Below are positions 49,838-63,225 of a stretch of 64,000 nucleotides of DNA, piece by piece. The position numbers were made by a program, and so were the translations under genes. Position 1 is the first letter of the stretch. Each line of letters begins with the position of its first letter. The notes under the pieces are model-generated. The model was given only the letters and a program-made list of their open reading frames with translations. It ran no database searches and was not told where the DNA came from. Source of the stretch: Squalus acanthias (Eukaryota); the NCBI GenBank assembly GCA_030390025.1, contig CM059433.1, positions 18,292,001 through 18,356,000 of the forward strand. The letters run 5' to 3'.

Positions 49838-50720
49838 TGAACGGAATTGACGGGGTAGATGCTGAGAGGTTGTTTCCCCTGGCTGGAGCGTCTAGAACTA
49901 GGGGGGGCATAGTCTCAGGATAAGGGGTAGGCCATTTAAGACCGAGATGAGGAGAAATTTCTTCACTCAGGGTTGTGAATTCTCTGCCCCAGAGGGCTGT
50001 GAATGCTGAGTCATTGAGTATATTCAAGGCTGAGATCGATAGATTTTTGGACTCTAGGGGAATCAAGGGATATGGAGATCGGGCGGGAAAGTGGAGTTGA
50101 GGTCGATGATCAGCCATGATCTTATTGAATGGCAGAGCAGGCTCGAGGGGCCGTATGGCCTACTCCTGCTCTTATTTCTTATGTTCTTAAAATGAAACCA
50201 CATGAAATAAACAGGGGATTCATAGAATCTCACAGCATAGAAGGAGACTATTTGGCCTGATGTGTCTGTGCCGGCTCTTTGGAAGAACAATCCACTTGGT
50301 CCCACTCCACTGCTCTTTCCCCATAGCCCTTGCATGTTTTTCCTTTCAAGTATATATCCAATTCCCTTTCCAGGCAGTACATTCCAGATCGTCATAACTT
50401 ATTGCGTAAAAAAACCAAAACATTCTCCTCATATCCCCTCTGCTTCTTTTGCCAATTATCTTAAATCTGTGTCCTCTAGTTTCCAACCCTCCTGCCAGTG
50501 GAATCAATTCCTCCTGATTTACTCTATCCAAACCCTTCATGATTTTGAACACCTGTATTAAATCTCCCCTTAACCTTCCCTGCTCTAAGGAGCAGCTTCT
50601 CCAGTCTCTCCGCATAACTGAAGTCCCTCATCCCTGTTACCGTCCAGTCAATATCTTCTGCACCCTCTCCCAAGGCCTCGACGTCCTTCCTAAAGTGTGG
50701 TGACCAGATCTGGACACACT
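49838..50720. mobile_element. Two CR1 3' fragments tail to tail (+ ~49838-50188, - ~50218-50720)
   Basis: CR1 C-terminal codons (RGDLIQVFKIMKGLDRV) and tails on opposite strands. Confidence 0.85.
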
Positions 50721-51344
50721 ACACTCTGGCTGCGGCGTTCATCTTCAGTATTTTCCATGTGGCATGGGGCAAGGACATCAATGTAACATGAAAAGTGCCC
50801 AATAATGATCGATCCCTCAAGCATGCGATTTTTCACCTGCACCCTACGCGCGGCACTTGTATGTGGCATCTTCGGATATTCTCCTATAAAATGTAGGTGG
50901 ATTTTTGCAATTCCCATGAGTGGGGCGAATGCCTTGAATGGCCGAGTGCTGTTCAAATGCAGATTCTGAAAGGGGGGGCTGTACAGCCTTACACTTGGAA
51001 TACTGACTTGTATACAAATCTTCATTTCCACAATGGCTCTTGCTCTAGATGGGTGAATTTTCCAGCTTCATTCATTGTACTGAAATAGTAGACCTGAATA
51101 AAAAGCGCTATTACACCACTTCATACTTCAATCGACCTTTTTGCGAAAATGAGCAAAGGTGAGTATCTCTCTTCCTACCCCCCTGGGACTCTATCATCAG
51201 ACATACAGACAGCCCCCAAGATGAGTGAGTGCCTTTTCTGTATAAATTTAGTTTAATACATTGATTTCTTTTCTTGCCGGTGCGCGCGCCCCCCCCCCCG
51301 CCATTATCTCTTCTGCTCGATATTTGGTACCATGGTCCAACTGA

Positions 51345-53680
51345 CCATTCTTCATCTGTGATGTTGGCAGCCTGTTTAACAGAGGCAGTGGGGAGGTTGA
51401 CATTGGTGGTGGACAGGTATAGCTGGTTGTCTTTAGTATACATGTGGAAACTGATCCCATGTCTGTGGATGATGTCACCAAGGGGGCAGCATGTAGATGA
51501 GGAAGAGGATTGATCCTTGGGGGGGCCTCCAAATAATGGTGAAAGCGCAGGAAGAGATTGCTGGAGATGCTCTGACTACAATCGGAGAGATAAGAGTGAA
51601 CCAAGTGAGGGCAGGGCAACAGAGGAGAGGTCTTGGAGGAGGATAGTCTGGCCAACCGTATCAAAGGTGCAGAGAATTTGAGGAGGGATAATGTGTCATG
51701 GTGACAATCAAAAAGGATGTCATTTGTGGTGATGTTTAGGACCGTTACAGTGCTGTGACAGGGACTTGGTTGGAGAGATTTAAATAACAACCACCTGCAT
51801 TTATATAGCGTCTTTAACGTATATTGGCACAGATTTTCAGGCAGCAACATGTTCGAGGACTTTGGAGGGCAAAGAGAGGTTGGAGATAGGGTGGTAGTTT
51901 GCCAGGACATAGGGTTCAGAGCTGGGGTTTATTTTGAGGAAGGGGTGACGACAGCAGTTTTGATAGGGAGTGGGACAGCACCTGAGGAGAGCGAGCCATT
52001 TATAATGTCAACCAACATCGGGGCCAGAATAAGAAGTTGGATGGTCAGCAGTTTAATGGGAATGAGGTTAAGGAAGCAGGAGGTGGGTGTCCTGGATGAG
52101 ATGAGCTCAGAAGGGCATGAGAGGAGATAGGAGGGAAACTAGAGAAAGCCCCAGGTTCAGGGCTAAGGTGGGGGAGCTTTGGCTTGGTGGGCAAACGGAA
52201 GGGGAGGGTAAACAGCAGCAGAGGCAGCGGAATGGATGCTCTCCATCTTGGTGACAAAGAAGTCCATGAGCAGCTCGTGCTTGAGGGTGGGGAGAGGTTT
52301 GGAAGATGCTTGATAGTGGAGAAAAGAAGCTGATGTTTATCTTCGCTCTCCAGGATAATCCTGGAGTAGCGGGTACTTTTTGCAGAGGAGAGTGAGACCC
52401 AGTAGCGTTGATGTTGTCCACCCAGATCTGGTGATCGATGGTTAAAGCAGTTGTGCACCAGATACGCTCAAATCTGCACCCCTTGGACTTGAGGGAGTGT
52501 AGATGGGGGCGATGGCAGGACGAATGACCAGGATGAGAGGGAGTAAAGATTTTGCAAGGGACATGGGTGGAGCTGAGGGAGGGAATGATTGAGCAAAGCG
52601 ATGGCTGCAAAAGTATGATGGCCCAAAGGCTAGCCAGTTGGGAGTTTGAAAGTATAGTTGTAAGTGACTTGCAGGAATTATTTTTCCAGGGGTGGTTGTA
52701 AAAGTGGGTAGGAGGATGTGGGTGGTGAGGGATACAAGGAAGTGGTCATTGATTGAGACCAAGGCAGTTGGGAAGCCACGGGATTGGCAAGGTTGAGGGG
52801 ACGGCCATGTATATGAGTAGGAGAGTTTATGTGGAGGGAGAGGTTTGGGGATGGCAGGAGGACAGTGAATTCAGTGAAGTTAGAGAGAGAGGGAAAGATT
52901 TAAAATTACACAGGATGAGGAATCACTCCGTGCAGAGGCTGAAGGAGAAGAGGTGGTGAGAAGCTCTGAGTGGGGTTTGGGATTGGCAGCAAGGATTTTA
53001 TCGGGTGGGACAAGAGGGGTGAAACAAAGTGAGGTACTCAAAGGAGCCTGGGAGATGCCAAAATGTGATTTGGTGATTTAAAAAGAAAAGAAAGACTTGC
53101 GCCTTTTATATAGCGCCTTTCACAACCACCGGATGTCCCAAAGCATTTTACAGCCAATGAGGTACTTTTTGAAGTGTAGTCACTGTTGTAATGTAGGAAA
53201 CAAGGCAGCCAATCTGCACACAGCAAGCTCCCATGAACAGCAACGTGATAATTACCAGATAATCTGTTTTAATGATGTTGATTGAGGGATAAATATTGGC
53301 CAGGACACCGGGGATAACTCCGCTGCTCTTCTTTGAAATAGCGCTGTGGGATCTTTTTGCGTCCACCTGAGAGAGCAGACGGAGCCTCTCCCATCTGAAA
53401 GACGGCACCTCTGACAGTGCAGCGCTCCCTCAGCACTGCACTGGAGTGTCAGCCTGGAATTTTGTGCTCGAGTCCCTGGAGTGGGACTTGAACGCACAAC
53501 CTTCTGACTCAGAGGCGAGAGTGCTACCCACTGAGCCACAGCTGACACGAAGGTGGTTTGGATAGGGCAGGTCGTGAGAAGTATAGCCAGGCAGGGAGGC
53601 TTTAGTAAGGAGCAAAGTATTGCCATCCATGAGTCAGGTTTCAGTTAAAGCCAGAATGTCCAGTGCACTCATCCACAATC
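51345..53680 (-). mobile_element. Old L2 LINE (APE/RT remnants) interrupted by a DeuSINE at 53080-53548
   Basis: Degenerate L2-like codons (LDILALTET near 53625-53665, PISNLSL, HMYTKDNQLY); purine-rich + strand typical of antisense L2. Confidence 0.7.
53080..53548 (-). mobile_element. DeuSINE (SacSINE1-like)
   Basis: Full-length homolog of 35073-35540. Confidence 0.9.
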
Positions 53681-53959
53681 ATGGATGGCAAAAGAGCCTT
53701 GTTCATCAGTTGACATTCAGGAGGGAAATTAAGCCAATCGTAGCACCCTGACTGCAGGCTTGGCTAAGACCAGTTAACTCCGCTCAAACAGGCAATTGAA
53801 CCAGAGTCCTTCCTGACCCGTCTGGCTCAGCTACACATCAGATCGTTTCAGTGAACTGTCGGGGATTGCGGGTTACTTGGATATTTCTGACTTTTTAAAG
53901 TTCAAATGAAGCATTTTCCAATACTTCTTGAGCATCCTAAGTATTTTGTTAACTTCCAG

Positions 53960-54068
53960 ATGCAACAGCTAATGAAAGCTGCGAAGGAAGGTACTAAAGA
54001 TGGGTTAGAAAAGACCAAAGCTGCTGTTCTTAAAAGGGGCCGCTCGTTTATTAGACACAGGCATCAAG
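53960..54068 (+). CDS. ARHGEF10: ARHGEF10 coding exon H (MQQLMKAAKEGTKDGLEKTKAAVLKRGRSFIRHRHQ), phase 0-1
   Basis: KAAKxGTKDGLE..KRGRSFIR motif; CTTCCAG acceptor, AAG|GTGAGT donor. Confidence 0.96.
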
Positions 54069-54926
54069 GTGAGTGGGCAAAGTGCTAATATCGCACAGCA
54101 ACGTGCTAATACACGATTAATTAATTGTAATTTCAACAGACTCTTCCCAGAAGGCATATGCACTTTTCAAAGGTTTTGGACTAATCTGTGTATTAAAAAT
54201 AAGAAAATGGTTATAGAATGACACACATTTTCTGAATGAATGAATGAACGTATTCATTTTTGCTCCACAGTGCTGCTGCCCCTCCCCTGCACCCCAGCCC
54301 AAAACACACGCCTGCTTTCGAGCATGAGTTACTGACCAATGATGAGGACTGTGAACCCTGGGTTATGCTCACTCTCCCCTGAGGTTAACTGTTGTGCCCT
54401 CGCCGTTGTTCTGGCTGAAATCACAGACTGTGGATTGAACCTGTGACTGTTCTGACCAGTCTGATTCAGTCTCACTCTATGCGGCGCATTTACCCATTCA
54501 AACCAGCAGGCTAGCCTCTGAGCAGTACGAGAAGCGAAACACAGCCTAAACAGTGTGTAAGTGCTCCGCAACTAATTAATTATTTACCGGTAATTTACTT
54601 TAAAACATGGTCAAGTGTAAGATCTGTAACAGAGTAATAATGAAAATGCTAATCGCCCATTGAGTTGCTCGAGGTTTAATCAGGGTCTGGAGTTTAGTTT
54701 TGATCTCCAATTTCAAGCCAGGGAGCATGTTAGATAGTTCTAAATTAGAACCATTGGACTTCAAAAAGAGCTAGGTGCTTGTTTACTTTTTCTTCACCAG
54801 AGCAGTGGGAATACCATCTTTTATTCAGTGCAGTTACAAACCCAGTTCCACACAATTTCCATTACAGGTACTATCCAGAACTCGCCAATTCCTCAGACTG
54901 CTTTACCACTGCCTTTTAGGAAGCTT

Positions 54927-55150
54927 AACAGTGCCTACTTTATTACGGGTGCGGGGGGGGGGGGGGGGAGGGCGGATGGGGGGAGCTCAACAGTGCCTAC
55001 TAGTCCACTTTATTACAGGGGGTTTAAACAGTGCCTACTAGTCCACTTATGGAGTGGGGGTGGGGTTAAACAGTGCCTACTAGTCCACTTTACTACATGG
55101 AGGGGGGGGGGGGGGGGGTACTAAACAGTGCCTACTCGTCCACTTTATTA
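54927..55150. repeat. Five copies of AACAGTGCCTAC(TAGTCCAC)TTTATTA separated by variable G-rich spacers
   Basis: Seen directly at about 54927, 54989, 55027, 55069 and 55124. Confidence 0.85.
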
Positions 55151-55318
55151 GTGTTTGTCTGTTAAATAACACTGAAGATGCAGTAAACTTTAATGTTGGC
55201 TCTTCTGATTTCTAATAAGAAAATCTGAATGTAGCATTTAAAGCATCAGAAGGTTTTGATGATCAATTGCAAGGTGGGCCAATGACGGAGACCTTGAGTC
55301 CAGTGTTCAGCTAAGTAG

Positions 55319-58300
55319 AACATAAGATTTAGGAGTAGGAGTAGGCCATTTGGACCCTTAAGCCTACTCCGCCATTCAATAAGATCATGGCTGATCTTCT
55401 ACCTCAATTCCACTTTCCTGCACTATCCCCATATCCCTTGATTCCCTTAATATCCAAAAATCTAATATCTAAAATCTACTGAAAATTACCTGTTTATTCC
55501 TACTCTCTGTTTTCTGTCCGTTAACCAATCCTCAATCCATGCTAGTATATTACCCCCAATCTTATGAGCCCTAATTTTGTTTAACAATAGAACAATACGT
55601 TGTGGAACCAACCAGGGAACTATTTTAGATCTAGTAATGTGGAATGAGACAGGATTAATTAATAATCTCATAGTAAAGGATCCTCTAGGGAAGAGTGATC
55701 ATAACAGGGCAGAATTTCACATTCAGTTTGAGGGTGAGAAACTTGGGTCTGAAACTAGTGTCTTAAACTTAAATAAAGGCAATTACAAGGGTATGAAGAC
55801 AGAGTTGGCTAAAGTGGACAAGGAAAATAGATTAAAAGGTAAGATGGTAGATAAGCAGTGGCAGACTTTTAAGGAGCTATTTCATAACTCTCAACAAAGA
55901 TATATTCCAGTGAGAGAGAGAGACTGCGAGAAGGATGAACCATCCGTGGCTAAGTAAGGAAGTTAAGGAGGGTATCAAATTGAAAGAAAAGGCATACAAT
56001 GTTGCGAAGATTAGTGATAGATGAGAAGATTGGGAAATTTTTAGAAACTTGCAAAGGATAACTAAAACAATAATAGAGGGAGAAAAAAGATTGAGAGTAA
56101 ACTAGCAAGAAATATAAAAACAGACAGTAAGAGTTTCTACAAGGAAGAGAGTAGCTAAAGTAAATGTTGGTCCCTTAGAGGATGAGACTGGGGAATTAAT
56201 AATGGGAAACAAGGAAATGGCAGAGATTTTGAACAAATGTTTTGTATCTGTCTTCACGGTAGAAGACATTAAAAGCATCCCAATAATAGGGGAAAATCAA
56301 GGGGCAAAAGGGAGGGAGGAACTTAAAACTATCACTAGAGAAAAAGTACTAGGCAAACTAATGGGACTAAAGGCTGACAAGTCCCCTGAACCTGATGGCC
56401 TGCATCCTAGGGTCTTAAAAGAAGTGGCTGCAGGGATAGTGGATGCACTGGTTAAAATCTTCCAAAATTCCCTAGCTTCTGGAAAGGTCCCAACGGATTG
56501 GAAAACTGCAAATGTAACGCCACTATTTAAGAAAGGAGGGAGACAGAAACTATAGGCCAGTTACTCAAACATCTGTTATTGGGAAAATGCTGGAATCCAT
56601 TATTAAGGAAGTAGTAGCAGGACATTTAGAGAATCATAATACAATCAAGCAGAATCAACATGGCTTTATGAAAGGGAAATCGTGTTTGACACATTTATTC
56701 GAGTTCTTTGAGGATGTAACGAGCAGGGTAGATAAAGGGGAACAGTAGATGTAGTGTATTTGGATTTCCAAAAGGCATTCAATAAGGTGCCACATAAAAG
56801 GTTACTGCACAAGATAAGAGCTCATGGTGTTGGTGGTAATATATTAGCATGTAGAGGATTGGCTAACTAACAGAAAACAGAGAGTTGGGATAAATGGGTC
56901 ATTTTCAGGTTGGCAAACTGTAACTAGTGGGATGCCACAGGGATCAGTACTGGGGCCTCAACTATTTACAATCTATATTAATGACTTGGATGAAGGGACC
57001 GAGTGTACTGTAGCCAAATTTGCTGACGATACAAAGATAGGTGGGAAAGCAGGTTGTGAGGAGGACACAGAGTCTGCAAAAGGATATAGACAGGTTAAGT
57101 GAGTGGGCAGAAATTTGGCAGATGGAGTATAATGTGGGAAAATATGAGGTTATCCACTTTGGTAGGAAGAATAGAAAAGCAAAATATTATTTAAATGGAG
57201 AGAGACTCTAGAATGCTGCGGTACAGAGGGATCTGGGTGTTCTCGTACATGAAGCACAAAAAGTTAGCATGCAGGTACAGCAAGTAATTAGGAAGGCAAA
57301 TGGAATATTGGCCTTTATTGCAAGGGGGATGGAGTATAAAAGTAGGGAAGTCTTGCTACAACTGTACAGGGCGTTGGTGAGACCACACCTAGAGTACTGA
57401 GTACAGTTTTGGTCTCTTTATTTAAGGAGGGATATACTTGCACTGGAGGCAGTTCAGAGAAGGTTCACTAGGTTGATTCCTGAGATGGAAGGGTTGTCTT
57501 ATGAGGAAAGGTTGAGCAGGTTGGGCCTATACTCATTGGAGTTTAGAAGAATGAGAGGTGATCTTATTGAAACATATAAGATTCTGATGGGGCTTGACAG
57601 GGTAGATGCTGAGAGGATGTTTCCCCTCGTGGGGGAATTTAGAACTAGGGGGCATCGTTCCAGAATAAGGGGTCGCCCATTTAAGATAGAGATGAGGAGG
57701 AATTTCTTCTGAGGGTCGTGAATCTTTAGAATTCTCTACCCCAGAGAGCTGTGGAGGCTGTCATTGAATATATTCAAGGCGGAGATAGACAGATTTTTGA
57801 ACTGCAAGGGAGTCAAAGGTTATGGGGAACAGGCAGAAAAGTGGAGTTGAGGCCAAGATCAGAGCAGCCATGATCATATTAAATGGCTGAGCATGCTCGA
57901 GAGGCCGAATGGCCTACTCCTGCTCCGATTTCTGATGTTCTTGTGTTAATAACCTCTTGTGTGGCACCTTATCGAATGCCTTCTGAAAATCCAAATACAC
58001 CACATCCACTGGTTCCCTCTCATCTATTCTGCTAGTTACAACCTCAAAAAACTCTAACAGATTCATCAAACATGATTTCCCTTTCATAAATCCATGTTGA
58101 CTCTGCCCAATCCTGTTTTTATTTTCTAAGTGCCCTGTTACCATGTCCTTAATAATAGATTCTAGCATTTTCCCTACTACTAGTGTCAGGCTAACTGGTC
58201 TGTAGTTCCCCATTTTCTCTCTTCCCTCCTTTGTTAAATAGTGGGGTTACATTTGCTACCTTCCAATCCATGGGAACCATTCTAGAATCTAAGGAATTTT

Positions 58301-61300
58301 GGAAGATGACAACCAATGTATCCACTATCTCTATAGCCACCTCTTTTAAAACCCTAGGATGTAGGTCATCTGGTCTAGGGGATTTATCGGTTTTCAGTCC
58401 CATTAATTTCTCCAGTACTTTTTTTTTTACTAATGCTAATTTCTTTCAGTTCCTCATTCTCGCTAGACTTTGGTTCTCCATTATTTCCGGGAGGTTTTTT
58501 GCGTCGTCTTCCTTGAAGACATACACAAAGTATTTGTTTCATTTCTCTGCCATTTCCTATCCCGGATCGATGGCACCCTGCACCATTTAAGAAAGGAGGG
58601 AGAGAGAAAACGGGGAACTACAGACCAGTTAGCCTGACATCAGTAGTAGGGAAAATGCTAGAATCTATTAATAAGGATATGGTAACAGGGCACTTAGAAA
58701 ATAATATAGGATTGGGCAGAGTCAACACGGATTTATGAAAGGGAAAACGTGTTTGACATATATGTTAGAGTTTTTTTGAGGTTGTAACGAGCAGAATAGA
58801 TAAGGGGGAACCAGTGGATGTGGTGTATTTGGATTTTCAGAAGGCATTCGATAAGGTGCCACACGAGAGGTTATAAACAAAATTAGGTCTCATGGAATTG
58901 TGGGTAATATACTAGCACGGATTGAGGATTGGTTAACGGACAGAAAACAGAGAGTAGGAATAAACGGGTCATTTTCGGGTTGGCAGGCTGTAACTAGTGG
59001 GGTACCACAAGGATCAGTGCTTGGACCTCAGCTATTCACAATTTATATCAATGATTTGGATGAGGGGACCAAATGTAATATATCCAAGTTTGTTGATGAT
59101 ACACAGCTGGGTGGGAATGTAAGTTGTGAGAAGGATGCAAAGAGGCTTCAAGGGGATATAGACAGGCTAAGTGAGTGGGCAAGAACATGACAAATGGAAT
59201 ATAATGTGGAGAAATGTGAAATTATCCACTTTGGTAGGAAAAATAGAAAAGCAGAGTATTTTTTAAATGGTGAGAGATTGGGAAATGTTGGTGTTCAGAG
59301 GGACCTGGGTGTCCTTGTACACGAATCACTGAAAGTTAACATGCAGGTACAGCAAGCAATTAAGAAAGAAAATGGCATGTTGGCCTTTATTACAAGAGGA
59401 TTTGAGTATAAGAGTAAAGACGTCTTACTGCAATTATATAGGGTGAGACCACACCTGGAGTATTGTGTACGGTTTTGGTCTCCTTACCCAAGGAAGGTAT
59501 TACTTGCCATAGAGGGAGTGCAACGAAGGTTCACCAGACTGGTTCCTGGGATGGGGGGATTATCCTATGAGGAGAGATTGAGTCGACTAGACCTATATTC
59601 TCTAGAGTTTAGAAGAATGAGAGGTGATCTCATTGAAACATACAAAATTCTTACAGGGCTTGACAGGGTAGATGCAGGGAGGATGTTTCCCCTGGCTGGG
59701 GAGTCTAGAATCAGGGGTCACAGTCTCAGAATAAGGGGTCTGACATTTAGGACTGAGATGAGAAATTTCTTCACTCAGAGGGTGGTGAATCTTTGGAATT
59801 CACTACCTCAGAGGGCTGTGGAGGCTCAGTCGTTTAGTATATTCAACACAGAGATCGATAGATTTTAGGATATTAAGGGAATGAAGTGATATGGGGATAG
59901 TGCAGGAAAGTGGAGTTGAGGTAGAAGATCAGCCATGATCTTATTGACTGGCAGAGCAGGCTCGAGGGGCCAAATGGCCCACTCCTGCTCCTATTTCTTA
60001 TTTCTTTTCTTCATATTTTTCCTGTCTCAGCCTGTAAGGGACTCACGTTTACTTTCGCTCATCTTCCTTTTTACATGCCTATAGAAGCTTTTACAGCCTG
60101 TTTTTATGTGTCTCGCTAGTTTACTCTCGTATTCTATTTTTCCTTTCTTTATCAATTTCTTGATCCTCCTTTGCTGAATTCTAAAATCGTCCCAATCCTC
60201 AGGCTTACTACTCGTTTTGGAAACATTATAGGCCTCTTGCACTCATCTAATACTATCTTTAATTTCTCTTGTTAGCCACGGTTGGACCATTTTTCCCGTG
60301 GTGGCTTTATTCATTAAGGGCATGTTTATTTATTGTGAATTATTAATTATTTCGTTAAATGTTTGCCATTGCTTTTCTACTGTCATATCTTTTAATCTAG
60401 TTTCCCAACCTACCTTAGCCAACTCACCTCTCATACCTACGTAGTTTGCTTTGTTCAGGTTTAGGACCCTAGTTTCGGATTTAACTAAATCACTCTCAAA
60501 CTCAACATAACATTCTATCATATTATGATCACTGCTCCCCAGAGGCTTATTTACTACAAGGTTATTAATTAACCCTGTCTTATTGCACAGTACTAGATCT
60601 AAAATAGCCAATTCCCTCGTAGGTTCCTTGATCTACTGATCTTAGAAAATTATCTTGAATGCATTCTATGAACTCTTCCTTTGCACTATTTCTACAAATT
60701 TGGTTTGCCCAGTCTATGTGAAAGTTAAAGTCCCCCATGATTACTATATTATCCTTGTTACATGCATCTCTAATTTCCTGATTTATACTCTGCCTGACAC
60801 TACAACCACTGTTAGGGGGCCTATAGACTACTCCCACTAGTGTTTTCTGCCCCTTGTTGTTTCTTAGCTCCACCCAAACTGATTCTACATTTTGTTTTTC
60901 CGAGCCAAGATCCTTTCTCTCTACTGTCTTTATTCCTTTTATTATCAGGGCTACCCCTCCTCCTTTTCCATTTTGCCTATCTCTTCTAAAAGTCAAATAT
61001 CCTGGGATATTTAGTTCCCAACCTTGGACACTCTGCAACCACGTCTCTGTAATGGCTATTAAGTCAAACCCATTTATTTCTATCTGCGCTATTAATTCAT
61101 CTATTTTGTTGCAAATGATTCGTGCATTCAGATATAGTGCCTTTAGCTTTAACTTTTTTCTGTTTTTTCCCTGATGTCACTTTAGTCACTAATGCCCTAT
61201 TACCTTTGTTAATCTTTCTGTCCCTTCCTGGCCCACTCTGCTTGTCTTCACCCAGATTACTACTCTGCTCTACAGCCTTGACATTTCTCTTACTGCTTTT

Positions 61301-61345
61301 GAATTTACCCTTTTCTGAATCCTCCCACCCACCCCCCCCCCTCAT
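55319..61345. mobile_element. Nested CR1 cluster: minus-strand host (55319-55585, 57943-58566, 60005-61345) with two plus-strand CR1 insertions (~55586-57942, ~58567-60004)
   Basis: The host resumes exactly across each insertion (...CCCTAATTTTGTTTAA / TAATAACCTCTTG; ...CATTTCCTAT / TTTTCCTGTCTCAG); each insert ends in a CR1 tail. Confidence 0.9.
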
Positions 61346-62340
61346 TAGTTTAATCTGTGGCACATTTAATCTGCATTGTGAGAATTGTAGTCCTGGCAGA
61401 AAAAGACTTGCACAGAGTAACGCTGGTGTATTTTGGGAGTGTGCTACTTGGTTGACTCTCTTCATTCAGGTAAGGAGTAGATACACAATGCAAGCTGAGG
61501 AATGCAACTGGACTTACACCACAGCCACCAGTGAGCAGTGTAGACCTGTGCAGGGAAGTTTTTAGGAGCCATTTCTAACATGCATTGGCTGGCATTATTG
61601 TAAAAAAAATAAATCTGAATTCTTAAATTTTTTATGTATTTATTGATCCAGTGCACCTCATCACTAATCTTTTTTGTAGAGATCCCTAAGCATCTCAGGT
61701 GAAAGACCCCAAACCAACTATCCTTTTACTAATAGAATATTCCTCTGTCGGCCCAAAATAGAAGCAGTGCTTAATGTAATGACTGTGATCGACTGGAGAA
61801 TGGCTCTTGCAGGCAAATGGAAGTGTTAAAACGCATGCAATAAATTGCTGCTCTTCTGAGAATGGAGGTGAGGCACGTTAGAGGGATAGTGTATCCTTCA
61901 TGTGACGCAGATTATAGCTGACCCACAAATTCTTAATGTTTATACTTCGAGCTGAGGAATGGAACATTTTCTATTTAGTGTGCTGCCTTAATTGCAAAAT
62001 CAACACAAACAAGGCATCTCTACTGCTGTAGTTCCATGTTCCACCCGCAGAATTAATCTCGCATTTAGTGAAGTTAAAAAAAAGCTGCAAAAAGTTCCCT
62101 GAGGAAAGAGAAGAAATGACATTCCTCCATGTTTTCAGCTTCAAACTTAACCCTTTAGGAAATATATATATTTTTTTAGCAGCCTCAATATTTGAGAACA
62201 AGGTGAGAGAAGTTCTGTTTTTCCAGGGGTCTAAGAGGTGACTGAGTGCTGCACATGCAGAGGCACCAATATGCAGCACCATGGACACCCTGCCCCACCA
62301 ATATTCGTCACTGATTTTTATTTGCGCGCTTTTTTTTCAG

Positions 62341-62453
62341 ATCACAGGTTTGGGTGCCTGGAAGAAGAAGAACAGAATCTCTTTATTGATGTGGACTGCA
62401 AACATCCGGAGCCAGTAATGACACCGATGCCTGAGGGTTTGACACAGCAGCAG
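62341..62453 (+). CDS. ARHGEF10: ARHGEF10 coding exon I (DHRFGCLEEEEQNLFIDVDCKHPEPVMTPMPEGLTQQQ), phase 1-0
   Basis: EEEQNLFIDVDCKHPE motif; TTTTTTCAG acceptor, CAG|GTGCGT donor. Confidence 0.96.
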
Positions 62454-62804
62454 GTGCGTGTTTGTAATCTTGGGCGATTTTCCGGTACGAACTCTTAAAG
62501 TGCCAACAGGCCAAAAACAGCAGCATATAAGAATTGCGTCGTTTCTTCACCTTGAGGTATCTGGTGCCCAAACTCCATGGGAACATTCTGTGATCTACTG
62601 AATAAATTAATATACTAAATAGCACCTGTAGAATAAAGCAGGTTTTCTTGCTATGTAATCCTACTTTATGTTAAAGCACAAAATGTACATGCACAGTGGA
62701 GCCAGTTGAAAGCCATTCTGATTGTATCTAACTCAAAAAAAAAAAAATATCTGACAAAACTAGAAGGCACAGTCAGGAAAAGGAGAAAAATTGGAAGAGA
62801 CAGT

Positions 62805-63225
62805 AAAGAAAGAAAGACTTGCATTTATATAGTGCCTTTGATGACCACCGGACGTTCCAAAGCACTTAACAGGCAATGAAGTACTTTTTGAAGTGTAGTC
62901 ACTGTTGTAAGGTGGGAAACACAGCAGCCAATTTGCGTTCAGCAAGCTCCCACAAGCAACAATGTGATAATGACTAGGTAATCCATTTTAGTGATGTTGA
63001 TTGAGGGATAAATATTGGCCAGGACACTGGGGATAACTCCCCTGTTCCTCTTCAAAATAGTGCTATGGGATCTTTTACATCCACCTGAGAGAGCAGACGG
63101 AGCCTCGGTTTAACGTCTCATCCGAAAGACGGCACCTCCGACAGTGCAGCGCTCCCTCAGTGCTGCACTGGAGTGTCAGTGTAGATTTTTGTGCTCATGT
63201 TTCTGGAGTGGGACCTGAACTCTCA
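62805..63225 (-). mobile_element. DeuSINE (SacSINE1-like), head truncated
   Basis: Homology to the other copies. Confidence 0.88.

Noticed and set aside
54927..55150. CRISPR array
   Set aside because: Vertebrate intron, no cas genes, and low-complexity G spacers of unequal length.
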